DNA from: Oikopleura dioica
Taxonomy: Eukaryota > Animalia > Chordata
NCBI GenBank assembly: GCA_907165135.1
Contig: OU015566.1
Coordinates: 1,054,001 to 1,118,000 of the forward strand
DNA: 64,000 bases
Reading direction: 5' to 3'
The position numbers were made by a program, and so were the translations under genes. The notes beneath the pieces are model-generated. The model was not told where the DNA came from. It did not search any database and saw nothing but the letters and a program-made list of their open reading frames with translations. Positions 12,370-24,808 of this stretch are shown one piece after another; the stretch's first letter is position 1, and each line of letters starts with the position of its first letter.

Positions 12370-12745
12370 TTTGCCTATCGTCGAATTTAGTCGAAAAGTC
12401 GAAAAACTAGAAAACTGTATGAATTTAGTCGAAAAAGTCGAAAATAAGTCGAAAAGTCGAAATTTAGTCGAAAGTCGAAAGAGAAGTCGAAAAGTCGAAA
12501 GCAAGATAGTGATTCTTTCGACTAGATTTTCGACTTTTTCGACTAAATTTTCGACTTGTTCGACTAGATTTTTCGACTTTGTCAGCAATATTGCTTTCGA
12601 CTTTTTCGACTAGTCGGCAATGTCGCTGACTCATAGGGTCAAGTCGAGTTGAGTCGAGTCGACTTATTTCCACAATCAGTTTTCGACTAAGACTCGACTC
12701 GACTTCGACTTTAGTCGAAACTCGACTAATCGATTTAGAACCCTG
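12370..12745. repeat. Foldback array of AGTCGAAA/TTTCGACT motifs (MITE-like)
   Basis: AGTCGAAAA repeats at 12380-12500, then inverted TTTTCGACT repeats at 12515-12612. A second GTCGA/TCGAC block ends in ACCCTG at 12745. Confidence 0.8.
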
Positions 12746-13246
12746 AGTATAAATAATTAAATGAAAACATAAGAAATGAATTAATTACAAATAAGGGAAA
12801 GTAAACCAAGTGTAGAACTCATTTAATATTCGGTTTACGGCTTCTTTCTCATTCTGATACTTGAATTCTGCCTTGAAACTTGAAACTCCTCATCTTTCGC
12901 GCCAACATCTATAGAATTGTTTTTGATGCCCTTGCTGCCCTTGTTGCCCTTGTTGATATTTTCAGGTTTTTCGCTTTTCAGACAGGAGCGGCAAAGCTGA
13001 TGAAGTAGTCTCTTTTTACCAAATTACAGATCAGCAGTTTAATCTCGCTTGAAAAAACAGACATTTTGATTCTGAATAAACGATTTTTCCAAATACAAAA
13101 AACACAATTATCATGATTATTATATTCATTTGTTTTCAATATTTTCTATTGAGTCTGTTATTTAAAGAACAATTGACCTGTTCTTCTCAAACAGGGGTAT
13201 TTGAATGTTGACTCATTTTTTTCTCATTTTGTAAAACTGCGAGTTC

Positions 13247-13769
13247 ATGGAAGAGAATGGACTGAAAGAGGATCACTTCAATCTCAGAATAAAATATCGA
13301 GCTTCTCAAAGATTTTCAACAGGTCCGTTTTTATCGCTCTTGATTGTTTTAAAAAAAATTTTAGCGTCAAATACGCTAACGAAATTCACAGAAAAAGCTT
13401 CAAAAAGAAAGAATGATCTCAGTAAAGAAGATGCGGCGAAAGTCATTCAGCGACAATGGCGAGTTTTTAGCCAGAAGAAGAAATTTTTAAAAGAAATAAA
13501 TGACGAGTTTTTTAACGAAGAAAAAGTTCGAGTTCAGAAAATGGAACTTCAGCTTGAGACGATGAAATTTGAAATGAAAATGGAAGCTTATTTGACCGAA
13601 TTAGAGGATTTAGGAAAGGTTCATAATTTTAAGAATTATTTTTTATTTTCATCTCGAACCATAATTAAAAGATTTCTTTTTCAAAAATGCGGAAAAGCGA
13701 AGAAATGCTGCTGCTTTTAAAATTCAACATGCTTGGCGCTCGTATTTACGAAGAAAGACTGCTTCATGA
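13247..13769 (+). CDS. Small IQ-motif coiled-coil protein, copy 2
   Basis: MEENGLKEDHFNLR...AAKVIQRQWR...NAAAFKIQHAWRSYLRRKTAS*. Same intron positions as the minus-strand copy. Confidence 0.75.
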
Positions 13770-14479
13770 ATTTTTTTTTTTGTTGTTTTAGTTATTGAAA
13801 AAATTATCGATTCTCATTTTTGTTTCAATAAACTGATCGCAGTAGCCTTCAATCACATGCAATTCGAGCTGAGATTCGTGATCATTTTCCAACAAACCTA
13901 AAACGCTCTACTTTATTTCCGACTTTGGACATTTTTCTTACCCTTTACGCAAGCATTTCGCATGCCATAAAAAGACCAGGCAACTGCAGCTTTCGAAAAA
14001 AAGATAAGTCTCAAAAAATTCATTGTCTCGCAGAAATAATTTCAGAAAAGGAAAGCAACACAGTTTTTATACAAAAAAGCTGATCAATATCAATTCTATC
14101 AGGGATCAGAAAGTTAATTTCGAAGTGACTCTTATAGATGCCCGTGGGCACGAGTTCGAAATTGTAATTAGAAAAATGGAAGCGAGGAGAATCGTACCAG
14201 TAGTTGCATGAACAAGAAGATGAGCGATGAACTACTCTTCATATTTTATTCAAATCAGCGCCTGACGTCAGGTCCTCTGAAACTCACCCGCCAGTCGTAC
14301 TTTATTTTTTGCAACTAACAAACGACTTTGACACGGCTTAGAAATTAAAATTATTAAAAGAATCAAAGTTAGTTTTCTGACTTTAGAGACAACTAGAAAA
14401 AATGTTCGCGATGCTGTTATTGTAAGTAAATAAATTTCAAGAAAAAATTCGAGGCAATATTTCATGTTGATAATAGCCA

Positions 14480-14672
14480 TTAAGGAGGTGGTATGCGGTC
14501 TCGTGGGATTTTAATCCTGCGAACACTGAAGTGCCTGTCGTGGGATTTTTAATCCCATGAAATGAAATATACTGTCGTGGGTTTTTAAAAATCCCACGAC
14601 AGGCACTTCTGTTGTCGTGGGATTTTCAATCCCAACAAACCACATTTCGGGCCATTATTTTCGTGGGATTAA
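14480..14672. repeat. TTAA-bounded element built of TCGTGGGATTTT...AATCCC motifs
   Basis: At least five CGTGGG(A/T)TTT copies between TTAA at 14480 and TTAA at 14669. Confidence 0.6.
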
Positions 14673-15319
14673 GGACCCCCGTCAACAATTTTCCTCAAAA
14701 AATCGAAAATTTCAAAGCAGCTTCTTAGTGTCCCTGGAAGCTTAATTCATCAAGAAAACTTGTTCGGAGCAATTTTTGTCAAATATAAAAATCTAAAATT
14801 GCGATTTTGAGAGTGTTGGAGTCGAGATAGAGCCCCAAAAAATAAACCCTTAAGGGGGTAGAAACAGATTTCTCGATTTTGGACTGCTGCTACATAAAAG
14901 AAAACATAAGATTTATTTATGTAAACGGTTATTCCTCATAAATGTTCCTAGAAAAGGGGTTGAGGTTCACAAAACTGTGGATGAAATTTGTTTAACTATC
15001 AGGTGACTCGAGATATTCGTGTTTGAAAAGTGGCGAAAATCGAGAATTTCGGAGAGATGAGTTGCTTCTGAGCCCGCTTACTCAAAAATTGATGACTAAA
15101 ACAAATTTTGAAGGAGATGCTCCTAGATCTTACATGTTTCTATCTAGACCTGAAGAGAATATTTGAAGATAAAAGATTCTCTTGTCTGTAGCGCCGGTCA
15201 AAAATCGCCTTTTTCTGAAAAAAGCTGTTTCTACCCCCTTAAAATCGTTTTTTGAGCCGTAGAATCCATTTCCGGGAAAATTGATTTTTCGAAAATTGTT
15301 GATGGGGGGAGGTCCTTAA
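14669..15319. mobile_element. TTAA-flanked MITE (outer element)
   Basis: TTAAGGACCCCCGTCAACAATTTTC pairs with the reverse complement of ...GAAAATTGTTGATGGGGGGAGGTCCTTAA. Confidence 0.7.
14850..15242. mobile_element. TTAA-flanked MITE nested inside the previous one
   Basis: Perfect ends TTAAGGGGGTAGAAACAG ... CTGTTTCTACCCCCTTAA. Confidence 0.88.
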
Positions 15320-15758
15320 AGGCAAGTTAAAGTCGGACAGAACCAAGAATAAGAGGTGATTTTTTGAGACTTGGTTTTGATTGGCCGGTAGGCCAAATCC
15401 AGCAAGTCTATTGGCCACCAAAAATGAATATTCTTTCTTTTGACAACTATCAGAAGTTTTCATTTTTGAGCATATTGTCAGAAACAGCTTTTTGTCAAAA
15501 TCAGAAAATGCAGAATTCGAGGAAGTCCGCCAAGGAAAACACATGAGTCGCTCGATTTGTGCGCTTGTCGAACAAAGTCACATGATGAATCTTTGATTCT
15601 CTGGATGCGCTAATGACGGGCCGACTCTGAATGAGGACGATCAACGTGGCCGTCCACTTAAAACCAACTCTGTTTTTTTCTTCTTGCAAAAGAGGAAAAC
15701 AAAGTGGTTTTCGTTTAAAAACTTAAAGTAAACAATAATTGATATTTAAAATATTCAA

Positions 15759-16034
15759 TTAACGCCGGAACGCATAAAATTTTTTCAACGTCGAACGCAG
15801 ATCGTACCAATTAATTGGTATGCCCCTTTCACCCCTTTTTGGCAATGAAAATGATAAGTTAACTGTATAAGTGATATAGATAAATAATTCTCAGACGCTT
15901 AACTTCAATTTTATCACCATATAATACCCCTATCATAACATAAATATGAATAAATATGCAAATTTCCAAATGTGTTGAAATGGCATTAAAGGGCGTTGTA
16001 CCAATTAATTGGTCGCCATGCGTTTCGGCGTTAA
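15759..16034. mobile_element. TTAA-flanked MITE
   Basis: TTAACGCCGGAACGCAT ... ATGCGTTTCGGCGTTAA. Internal GTACCAATTAATTGGT occurs twice. Confidence 0.8.
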
Positions 16035-17552
16035 TATTCTTTTGCTTCAAATCCCAAAATTTTGGTCACTTGCCAAAAACGGGTTAACAAAAAAGCAACC
16101 GTTTTCTCCAAAAATATGCTCCAAATTGCATTACAAGACCTCTGGGACAATTTTCAAAAAGCGCCACTAATTTAGTTAAAATCGGGCCAAACTGCTCTAG
16201 GTCGTTACGTTTCCTTCTCTTCTCGGATAAATTCGATATTCAATCAGCCAACTAGTCCGATAATACGCATTTTAGGGAAGACTGAAAGTTGACAAAAGAA
16301 GAGCAACGAATGATTAAGCCTGAAAAGCGAATATCACCGAGTTATAGAAAAGTCGACTTGTCGGCTGAGCAAGAAAGCGCCGTTCAGTTTTTGTTGAAGC
16401 AAAATGAAATCAGGTAATTTTCAATGATAATGATGATTTTATACAAAAGAATAAAGTCAACAAAATAATTTTTATTGATCCTGATTTAACTAAAAATTGA
16501 ACTAAACCATTTTATCGAAGTGCATTTTTGGATAACCAATAAGATTGTTGTATCTGGCCATCCAGCCAATCAAAACCCTGATCGACAAAAATTACATTTC
16601 CATTAATTGATTTCTCCGTAAGAAATTGATCAGGGTTTTGATTGGCCGGTAGGCCAAATACAGCAATCTTATTGGTTATCCAAAAATGCATTTCCATAAA
16701 CTGGTTTAGTCGAAAAATTGGGGAGGTGTCTGGAACCGACAAAAAATTTCGACGAATTTTCCGTGGAAATTTTCAACCAATTAGAAGCCTGGATTCGGCA
16801 AACTGGCCAATCAGCAGCCGAGTAGCTGCCTACACAAAATTTGTCGAAATTTTTTTGTCGGTTCCAGACACCATCCCCAAAAATCGACACTTATTTCGAT
16901 ATTTATTCCTCTTGTCCTGTCAAAAAAGCGTCTAACCTTCGATTTAAATCAACTACAACCCTTTTGTCTGAACTCATTTGTTCCTTTGAAAATATTCTCG
17001 TACTTGACGGAACTTTGACTTGGAATTGGTTTTCCCGATTTTAAAAATGCATTCGAATGCGCTCCAAAATTAATCATTTTCCAAGGAGCGCTCCAAGAAT
17101 TCCGCAGACAACGACGATCGTCCTCGACGGGCGCAACAGCTCAGTTGTTCTCAACAGTTCGCCACTCAGCCGCCCAATGTCTGTTCGCTCGAGCAAGGGC
17201 GCGCAGAGTCCGTACGGATTCTCTTACGGGTAAACTCTTGCCAGTTTGAGGTTATTACTTTTGATTCAGACAGTTCACGAAGACGCAGGCGGAGAATGTT
17301 ATTGTCAATCAACCGCTGTAAGTCTAATTATTAACCTTCTTTGTTAATTTTTGATGAAATAATGGGGATTACTCGAGTTAAAAACAAAAAAACAGCCATC
17401 CCCTGGGCTAAGCATTCTGTGTAGAGAACCTACGTCAGGATCTAAAAATCATATACGAAAAGCCTCGGAGCGGCTTTTTTCATAAGAAGCCGCAAAGATT
17501 GGGAAGTCGATGTCGCCTCGAAATCTTTGCGAAGCCGCTACGCGGCTTTTGA

Positions 17553-18240
17553 TTTAAGGGGGTGGTGGTCGAGAATTTTTTTATGATTCTTGATTTTCGG
17601 CATATATTTTGATTCTAATAAAGAACAAACATTAGATATTTGTTTCTTGATTTTTTTTCTAGCTTCGAAATCATGGATCAGGCACGTTTGTCGCACAGAA
17701 TAGCCGAAAATGACCAAAAATCGGAAGATGATTACTCAAAAATACCAAAAAACGTGATTCAGCTCCACTTTTACACTAAATAACAGCAATTTTTCCACAA
17801 AATATTTTTTTCAGACTAAGTCGCCAACATAATTTCAACCCTTTTAAATTCATTTTCGGTTAGAAAAAATAAGATTTTTCGGTAAAATTTTGCGCTCATT
17901 TGTCAACAGAAGTCTGATTCTCGACCACTGATTCTAGACACTGACTCAGGTTTTCACCTGCACAGGTTCTAGGACCTACTGATGGGGTGTTGGATAGCGG
18001 AAAAAATCTCATCGAAGCCTGGGTTGGGCTTGTAAGGCTAGTAACCAGACATCCCACTGACAGGCGCTCTGATTCGTCCGTTTAATTTTTCTCGAATTTT
18101 CCATAAGATTCACGTAACCCGTTTTTCCAACATATGACGAATCAGAGCGCCGACCAAGAAAATGTGTGGTAACTGGCCTCACTAGCCTAACTCAGGCCCG
18201 CTTGAGATAGGCACTCTGATTCGCCACAGCGCTCTGATGG
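17553..18240. repeat. Cluster of small foldback elements
   Basis: GTGGTCGAGAAT (~17563) pairs with ATTCTCGACCAC (~17917). GGCGCTCTGATTCGTC (~18063) pairs with GACGAATCAGAGCGCC (~18136). Confidence 0.6.
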
Positions 18241-18796
18241 AAATTCCGCTATCAAACACCCCATCAGTAGAATCCAGGTCGTTTCTGATGATTTTAATTG
18301 ATAATAAAGTCGAAATTAAAAATTTAGGACGCGAAAAAATTGCCGAAAAATTGAAAGCCGCTGTGTTTGCTGCTGGAATTGTTGCTACTGCTTTTGCTGT
18401 TGGAAGAAAGAAACGACGGTCAAGTTTTGTACATTTTGCTGAAAAGGATTTTTTCTGCTCATTTGCTACCTCAAATATATTTTTATAAGAAAATGAAAAA
18501 TTATCGCAAAAACTTTGCTACTGTTTAATCTAAATCCTGCATTTTTTGACAGAGAGAAGCAGTTTAAACTCTGCTGATAAGAAAATTTAATAGACGGCAG
18601 TTTTTTAAAAGGTGAATTACTGTCGCGAACAAGCTTTTCATCCGTCTAGCCATTTTTTATCAGAGATAACAACAAAAAATTTTGTCTAACATTTTGTAAT
18701 CAGATAAGCAGCACTTTATCACCACCGCGAAGGTTATAAAAGCAGTCAAAAAGAAAAATCTTCACTTTGTCTTTTTCTTTGAGAAAAAAAGAAGAG

Positions 18797-20047
18797 ATGA
18801 AGATTTCTTCAGCGCTTTTTGTTCTTCTAGAGAACGCTTCTGGCCAAACTGTTGGAAGGACACATTATGGTACAGCCTACGGTGACATGGTCTTTTCCGG
18901 CTGTCAGTATGAACGGATGAAAGTAATTAGGAGCTTTGGTTTCGTCCAGTTTTGAAATAATTTATAGAATGATCCCCGACTTCAAGCTGGTGTCCACTTC
19001 AACTACGACGGATCCAGCTGCTCCTCCCCAATCCCGCGACATTTTCCGACTTGGCGCGGTTACCAAGACGACTCCGATGGCAAGTTCATCGTCCCCTTCT
19101 TCTTTGACTCCGAGTACAAAAACGCCGAGTACGATGGTTATACTGGTGAACGATCCGTTCGAGACTCAGCGAGATAAACGACCTCCTGAACGTCAAGTTC
19201 GTCGAAATTTTTCAAGACGAAGTTGACTTGTACCCAGACCACATCGAAATCGTCAGCGAGGAGAATGATGACTTCCTGAGCGCTTGTGCTTCTTACATCG
19301 GCAAAATCGGCGGAAAGCAAAAATGGTTCATGCGACCGGATTGCGCTTTCCACGACGATTCCCAAGTGAACCACTTTGCCGTGTACATCCTTGGATTCGG
19401 ACCTACATTTACGAGGAACAGCCGCCATGGCCAAGGCAATGGCTACCACAGTCTTTTCAATTAAAAAAGAGAGAATAAGTCTTTTTAGCGAAGAGGAATG
19501 CGATACGTTTTCAAGTCCGACGCGGGCTCGCTCTTTGCCATGAAACTCCGAAACAACGGCAAATTGGACATTCGAGAAAATCTCTACTCCGGCCTCTTCG
19601 TCTGGACCAAAGATGTCTGCGGAATGGACTTCATGCGAGCAATGGAAGATGGTCGTCTGACCATCACTTTGATTGACAGCACCGATATCTACGATTTGAA
19701 ACATGTTCACTACAAATCCTTTGCAGTAAGTTAAGAAAGGTGATTCCCTTATTGATTCTTTCCAGAAATACTCCTCGATCGGCATCAGCTTCGACTTGAC
19801 CGAGGTAGTCACCAAGGACACTCCATGGAAATTCATCAAGGGCGTGCCGACCAAAAACCTCGCTTCCGACGACGTTCAAATCATGATATCCGGCCTGGAC
19901 AAAGTCTCCTTCCTCACGACTGAAGAAAACTGCTTGCTCACCGGCGCCGCTGCCTACCTTGAAGCTCGCGAGTACACAGATCTTGAGCGCGCTTGCTTGA
20001 TCGAAGGAAAGACTTTCTGGTCCAAACCTGTTCTTCCCGCTGCTTGA
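18797..20047 (+). CDS. Secreted astacin (M12A)-like protein lacking the catalytic motif
   Basis: Signal-like MKISSALFVLL, then KFIVPFFFDSEY, EINDLLNVKFVE, CASYIGKIGGKQ, VNHFAVYILGFGPTFTR, YDLKHVHY and LASDDVQIM. These follow the order of astacin-domain landmarks. Some exon junctions are uncertain. Confidence 0.75.
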
Positions 20048-20164
20048 AAAACTGATTTTTGGTGAAATAAATCTTTCTCTTTGGTCGCAAAATGCTTTTA
20101 TTTGTCTTTTTAAAAGCGTGTAATAAGAACTATCTTCTTTCGTTTTAACGTTGGAATGAGTGAT

Positions 20165-21820
20165 TTATTCGTAAAATGCTCGAATGGCAGTCGAGAATTC
20201 ATCAGTTTTGATTGTTTTTCTCCAGGATCGCGGAATTCCGTAGCAGCCAGATAATGTCAGCGAATTCAGAAGAGGCTTTCTCTCAAGCAGCAGGCGAGCT
20301 TCTTCTTTTTCGATATTCGTTCTAAGGAAAAGATAAAAGTGAATCGACCGCGATAACTTACCGACTAACGTCCAGGTTTTTTAAATTTCGAGCATGGAGT
20401 GCATAATTCTGAATGAAATTCAAGAAGAACTCTTCCGCATTCGCTCTTGTCTTCAACCCCGAAAGATTCAAATCCTCGATGGCGCCGCCAAGCTGAGCCA
20501 CGAAAAAGCTGTAGAAATCATCCTCGTTTCTTGCATCCGCTCCAGAAAGATCGAGTGTTTTCAGCATCGGGCGATTGGCAAATGAGCCGATTCCAGCGGA
20601 CAAACCCCCGAATGTAAAACAAGAACAGCCTTGAAGATCGATAGTTTGAATCTTCGCCGCATTTTTCAAGAAGAAACAAAGCACATCAGCACTTGTTCTT
20701 TGAGGAACAAAGCTCCGTCGAAGACTGAAGAATTCTAGTTCCGGAAAACCGTCGAAAGACTTCGAGTTTTGTAGAAAGTTGAAAAGATCGCGTTCGCTCA
20801 AGAGCACGTTCGCCAGCTGGAGAAAGCGTAGTTTTTGAAGTTTTAGGGAAGTAACTAGCACTTCTGCTCCGGCCATCGTCGATTGCATCGCCGAGTAGTA
20901 AATATCTGAAGAAAAGGGTCAATTTGACGGGAGAAACGGGAAAGAAAACCTAGATGCTCGAGTTGCGGACACATTGATCCCCAGTCAAGGCCGTGCTTGA
21001 TTGGGCCAGAATCGTGAATGACGATTTTTCGAATAGACTGCAGCTTTAAAACAGGGACAAGAGCTTTATAAGAAGTCACCAACGCATTCGTCCTGAGAAA
21101 AAAAGACGATAATTCAATGAGAAATTTTTCAAATAAGGATAAATACCTGAGTTCAACAAGATTTCGACAGTGCTTCTCGATAAACTCTCCCCAAGTCTGC
21201 ATGTTTCCCAACTGCGAAGTTAACAGCACCAGAGTCTCAATCTTCTCAAACTCATATTCGTTCAAGAGGGCGAGAGTTTTCGTCAAATGATTTTGAAAAT
21301 TCGCGAATTGAAGCTGTTCCAAGTGCTGAAATTCGTCCTCGGGAAGTTTGATGATGCGCTCGCGGAAATTTTGAAAATGGTTTCGTGTTTTCCCCTAAAC
21401 GAATTTTCAGATAAGAGTGGTCTGATAAAATATCACCTTGGTGTACATAAAAAGCTTCAATTTCTTGCGTAAGCTGGGCCTGCTCGCTGCACTCCACCAG
21501 TGATAATTAACTGTAGCATTTTTTACCACGACTCTGTAATCCTCTTCTTTTTGGACCAAATGCTCAAAGATCTTATCCAACACCGTAATCGGTAATGCTC
21601 CCCAATCTTTTGCCTCCCCAGGAGCTGAATTCGAGTTCGAAGTGTCTTCCTGTCGCGCTCTTTTTCGAGGTCGTTTCGGTGTTTTTGATTTTGAACATTC
21701 TTTTCGAAGATTGACTTCGTCAAGCTCCTTTGTTGTCGGTTCAAAGTCAGAGTCTTCAGAATCGTCTGACTTTTCAGGATCATTTTGGCTCAACCAAACC
21801 CCGCGCTTTATTCCGAACAT
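20165..21820 (-). CDS. F-box/leucine-rich-repeat protein, FBXL6-like
   Basis: F-box DWGALPITVLDKIFEHL...WWSAASRPSL followed by LRRs (IQTIDLQGC, LKTLDLSG, IEDLNLSG, LKNLDVSR, LNSLTLSGC). Confidence 0.85.
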
Positions 21821-21912
21821 TCTTGTTTTCAAATTTATGAGAATCAAATGTGATCAGTTGAAAAATATTTATTTACTTTCAATTTCATTAAATAAATAAC
21901 AGGCAAAGTACG

Positions 21913-24758
21913 CTACACACTTGAACTTTTGAGAATTTCAATGATTTTCGGATGCAACTCTTCTCTCGCCGTCTTTCCCCAGATGAAGTCCAGATGGTCG
22001 AAATCGTCAATGATCGTCAGGGTCGAGTTGCGAAGGTTTGGGCGCATGAGGCGGACATCGTCAGGAGTGGCGATCCAATCGGATGTTCCAACAAACAGGT
22101 GAATGGGCAGGTCGATTTTTGTCCAGTCGTAGAAGGGGGGACTCTCGCTGTTATACACCTAGAAAGATTGATTCGTGATCAAATAGACATCGTTGGTAAC
22201 TTACAATTAGATTTGCTTTTGCTCCGTAGTCGAATTTCGCCATTCTTGTGTGTCCAATATTCTGCCCAAAGTGAACCACATTTCTGAAACTCGTCCCACT
22301 AGGCGTGTGCGAGACGAACACTTGCAATCTCTCCTGCACATATCGCTTGTGGTTGAAATTTACCGAGTGGAATGCAAAATCTTGGGCGATGCTGGTACCC
22401 CACGCTTTCAGCAGTTCGGGCGAATCCTTCACAAGTTTTGCCAAATATCGCGTCGCTTTCGTTCGTTTGAGGAATTCGCTGTCGAGGTATCTTTGAACCA
22501 TATCATTGCTCGAAAAAGACTTGAACGGGCCGACAAGAGATCTCCACGCGCCCTTGACATTTTTCAGCGACAAAATCGGCGCCAAAGCGATCATTCCATG
22601 AAGCCGCTTCTTCGTTTCTTCGTCACCGCCTTCTTGATTCACGAACATCAGAAGAGTTCCTTGGCTGTGCGCAATGTACCAAATCTTTTCCTGCTTCGCG
22701 ATTTTGCAGATTTTGTGGACGATCGCGGGGATTTCGTATTTGGCGATTTCGTGAAAGGTCCAGCGCCAGAATTTTGGATCGTCGTCGGGGGAGAGTTCTG
22801 TATGGCGACGACTGTAGGGGTTGCCACGCGTATTGGCAAGGAAAACGTCAAAGCCTTCGTCCCATAGGCGATACGCTAGAATTAAGGTTAGAGATCAATT
22901 GATTTGGGAGGAGTCCTCCCCAGGGTCTCGAAAAATTGGATGTGGGGCGGTTGTTAGGGCGCCCCCTCACGCTCTCAACATCGGCGCGCTCGTTGTTCAC
23001 TTTCAAAAACAATTTGGGCTGGATGTTTGAAATATAGGCTCGCGCCAAAGGGAAAGTAACGCTGTAAAAATATGCAACAATGTTCAAATTCAGTGAAACT
23101 TAGACTCCTGATACAACTTTTTCCGCTGATTGCGAATATGTAAAAATTATTTTGAGATTCGCGGCATTTAGCTATATATGATTGACAGATCACAAAATAC
23201 ACACTTTCAAGTAACTAGCACATTTCGGACGTAATAGTTGCCCATGAATTCGATATTTTTGCAAACAGGTAGCTTACCACTTCCGAGAACTGCTTTGTTT
23301 AGATCACCCGGTGATTTTTGTTACAGTAGGTCAGAGTGTACACCCACTGAGATTATGGCCCTTTCGGGCGCCCCGGGGAGCGCGCAAAGCACTAGCGCAC
23401 TGCCACTTACACTTACACTCAGTCATCTAAACACCGCGTCTACCTGATAAAACCCCTAACTAGGCAGCTGGGGTAATCTTAAATATTTTCTTCCGAGTTT
23501 TTCTTGGATTTTTCATGAAAAATACCGATTAAAACTAAGATTATAGAGATATCTCAAAATTATTTGGATAAAAACTTCTATTTTCTTAAATAACATATGA
23601 TATTTTAATCATTTACTTAGAATGGTGACGTAGGGTACTAATTTGTTTATTTCTATGAGGCGAGGACCGCGTACTTGTTGGTGAACAACCGAGCGCCCGT
23701 TGTTAACAATCGGCTCCCGTTGCGCACAACTGTCCGCGGAGGGTGGCGCAACATCCAGCCCACCGTTGTTTTCTCGCGCAAACATCTAGGGCGCGGGGGT
23801 TGAAAGCGAGAGGGGGCGCCAAAACAACCGCCGCGCATCCAATTTTTCGAGACCCTGGTCCTCCCCATTTACCGAGTCCATGATCCGGGCCAGCAGCTAG
23901 CCAGTGACTCGAATCGCCAAGAATTCCATGTTGCATAAGAACCGCCGGTTTTCCCTCGTTTCTTAGTCGATGAATTTCGATCAGGAAGCCGTCTTCCGTT
24001 TCCACAGTGAAAACATCGCAAGGATAGTCATTTCGGCGAATGCAATCGTCCATCGACAGAAAACACTCCGGATGAATCCCATCGTCTTTGTAGCGTAATT
24101 TCGCGGATGATCTGTTGAAATCCCACGAGCTGCAGTCGTAATAGGACGATTCCGTCAGCGTTGCCTCGTTTTCTTCGCTTTCAGTTCGATCCCGCGAAAG
24201 AAGATTGGCGCGCGAAGGCAAAACGATCGAGTTCTTAGCCGAGTGTTTTATTCGAACGGCAGAGTAGCGCGCTCGTTCTAGTTGTTCAACAATACGGCGG
24301 AGAGTTTCGTCTTTTAACGCGATCGCAGTGGAGTAGAAATCCCTGAACTTCATCGTCAATTTAAAAATGGGAGCATTGAACTGCTTGAGTTTTCAGAATT
24401 GAAAACTTCGAGGAAGAAAACATAGGTGGTTTTCTAGAAAAGAAAGCTTTGATAAAAAAGAAGAAGAAGAACAACGTTGATCATCCTCTATTCTTCCGAA
24501 AATGCACCCTTGTTCATCCTCTGGGCCACGTAGCTTTAAGTGTAACCCTTACTAAGGTAATGCGGTTCCAAGGATGAACAAGGGCGCTTTCTATTTTATG
24601 TTGAAAATATTCTTGAAAAACGAGCAATATATTTATTTTTACCCTTCATCTGAGTCTTCTCCATCGCGATTTTTCCACTCCCAAAATTTCGCAGCAATGC
24701 AGAACGCCACGACACTCCCAAAGAAGAGTCCTTCGAAATTGTCTTTGATAAATCGCAT
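21913..24758 (-). CDS. Acid lipase family (LIPA/gastric-lipase type alpha/beta hydrolase) with N-terminal hydrophobic anchor
   Basis: VETEDGFLIEIHRL, PAVLMQHG, GFDVFLANTRGN.YSRRH, AHSQG (Ser), SDWIA (Asp), DHLDFIWG (His). A probable first exon MRFIKDNFEGLFFGSVVAFCIAAKFW lies at 24758-24644. Confidence 0.92.
22921..23857. mobile_element. Non-autonomous hAT-type element in the lipase intron
   Basis: TIR CAGGGTCTCGAAAAATTGGATG at both ends. Perfect 8-bp TSD GTCCTCCC at 22913-22920 and 23858-23865. Confidence 0.93.
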
Positions 24759-24808
24759 AAATATTTATGCGATTATATCTGAAAAGAAAAAGTAAAACGA
24801 AAAAGGTT

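Noticed and set aside
15330-17320. Scattered exon-like pieces (e.g. MIKPEKRISPSYRKVDLSAEQ; ...QAENVIVNQPL*)
   Set aside because: Probably a small gene, but I could not assemble or identify it reliably among the repeats.
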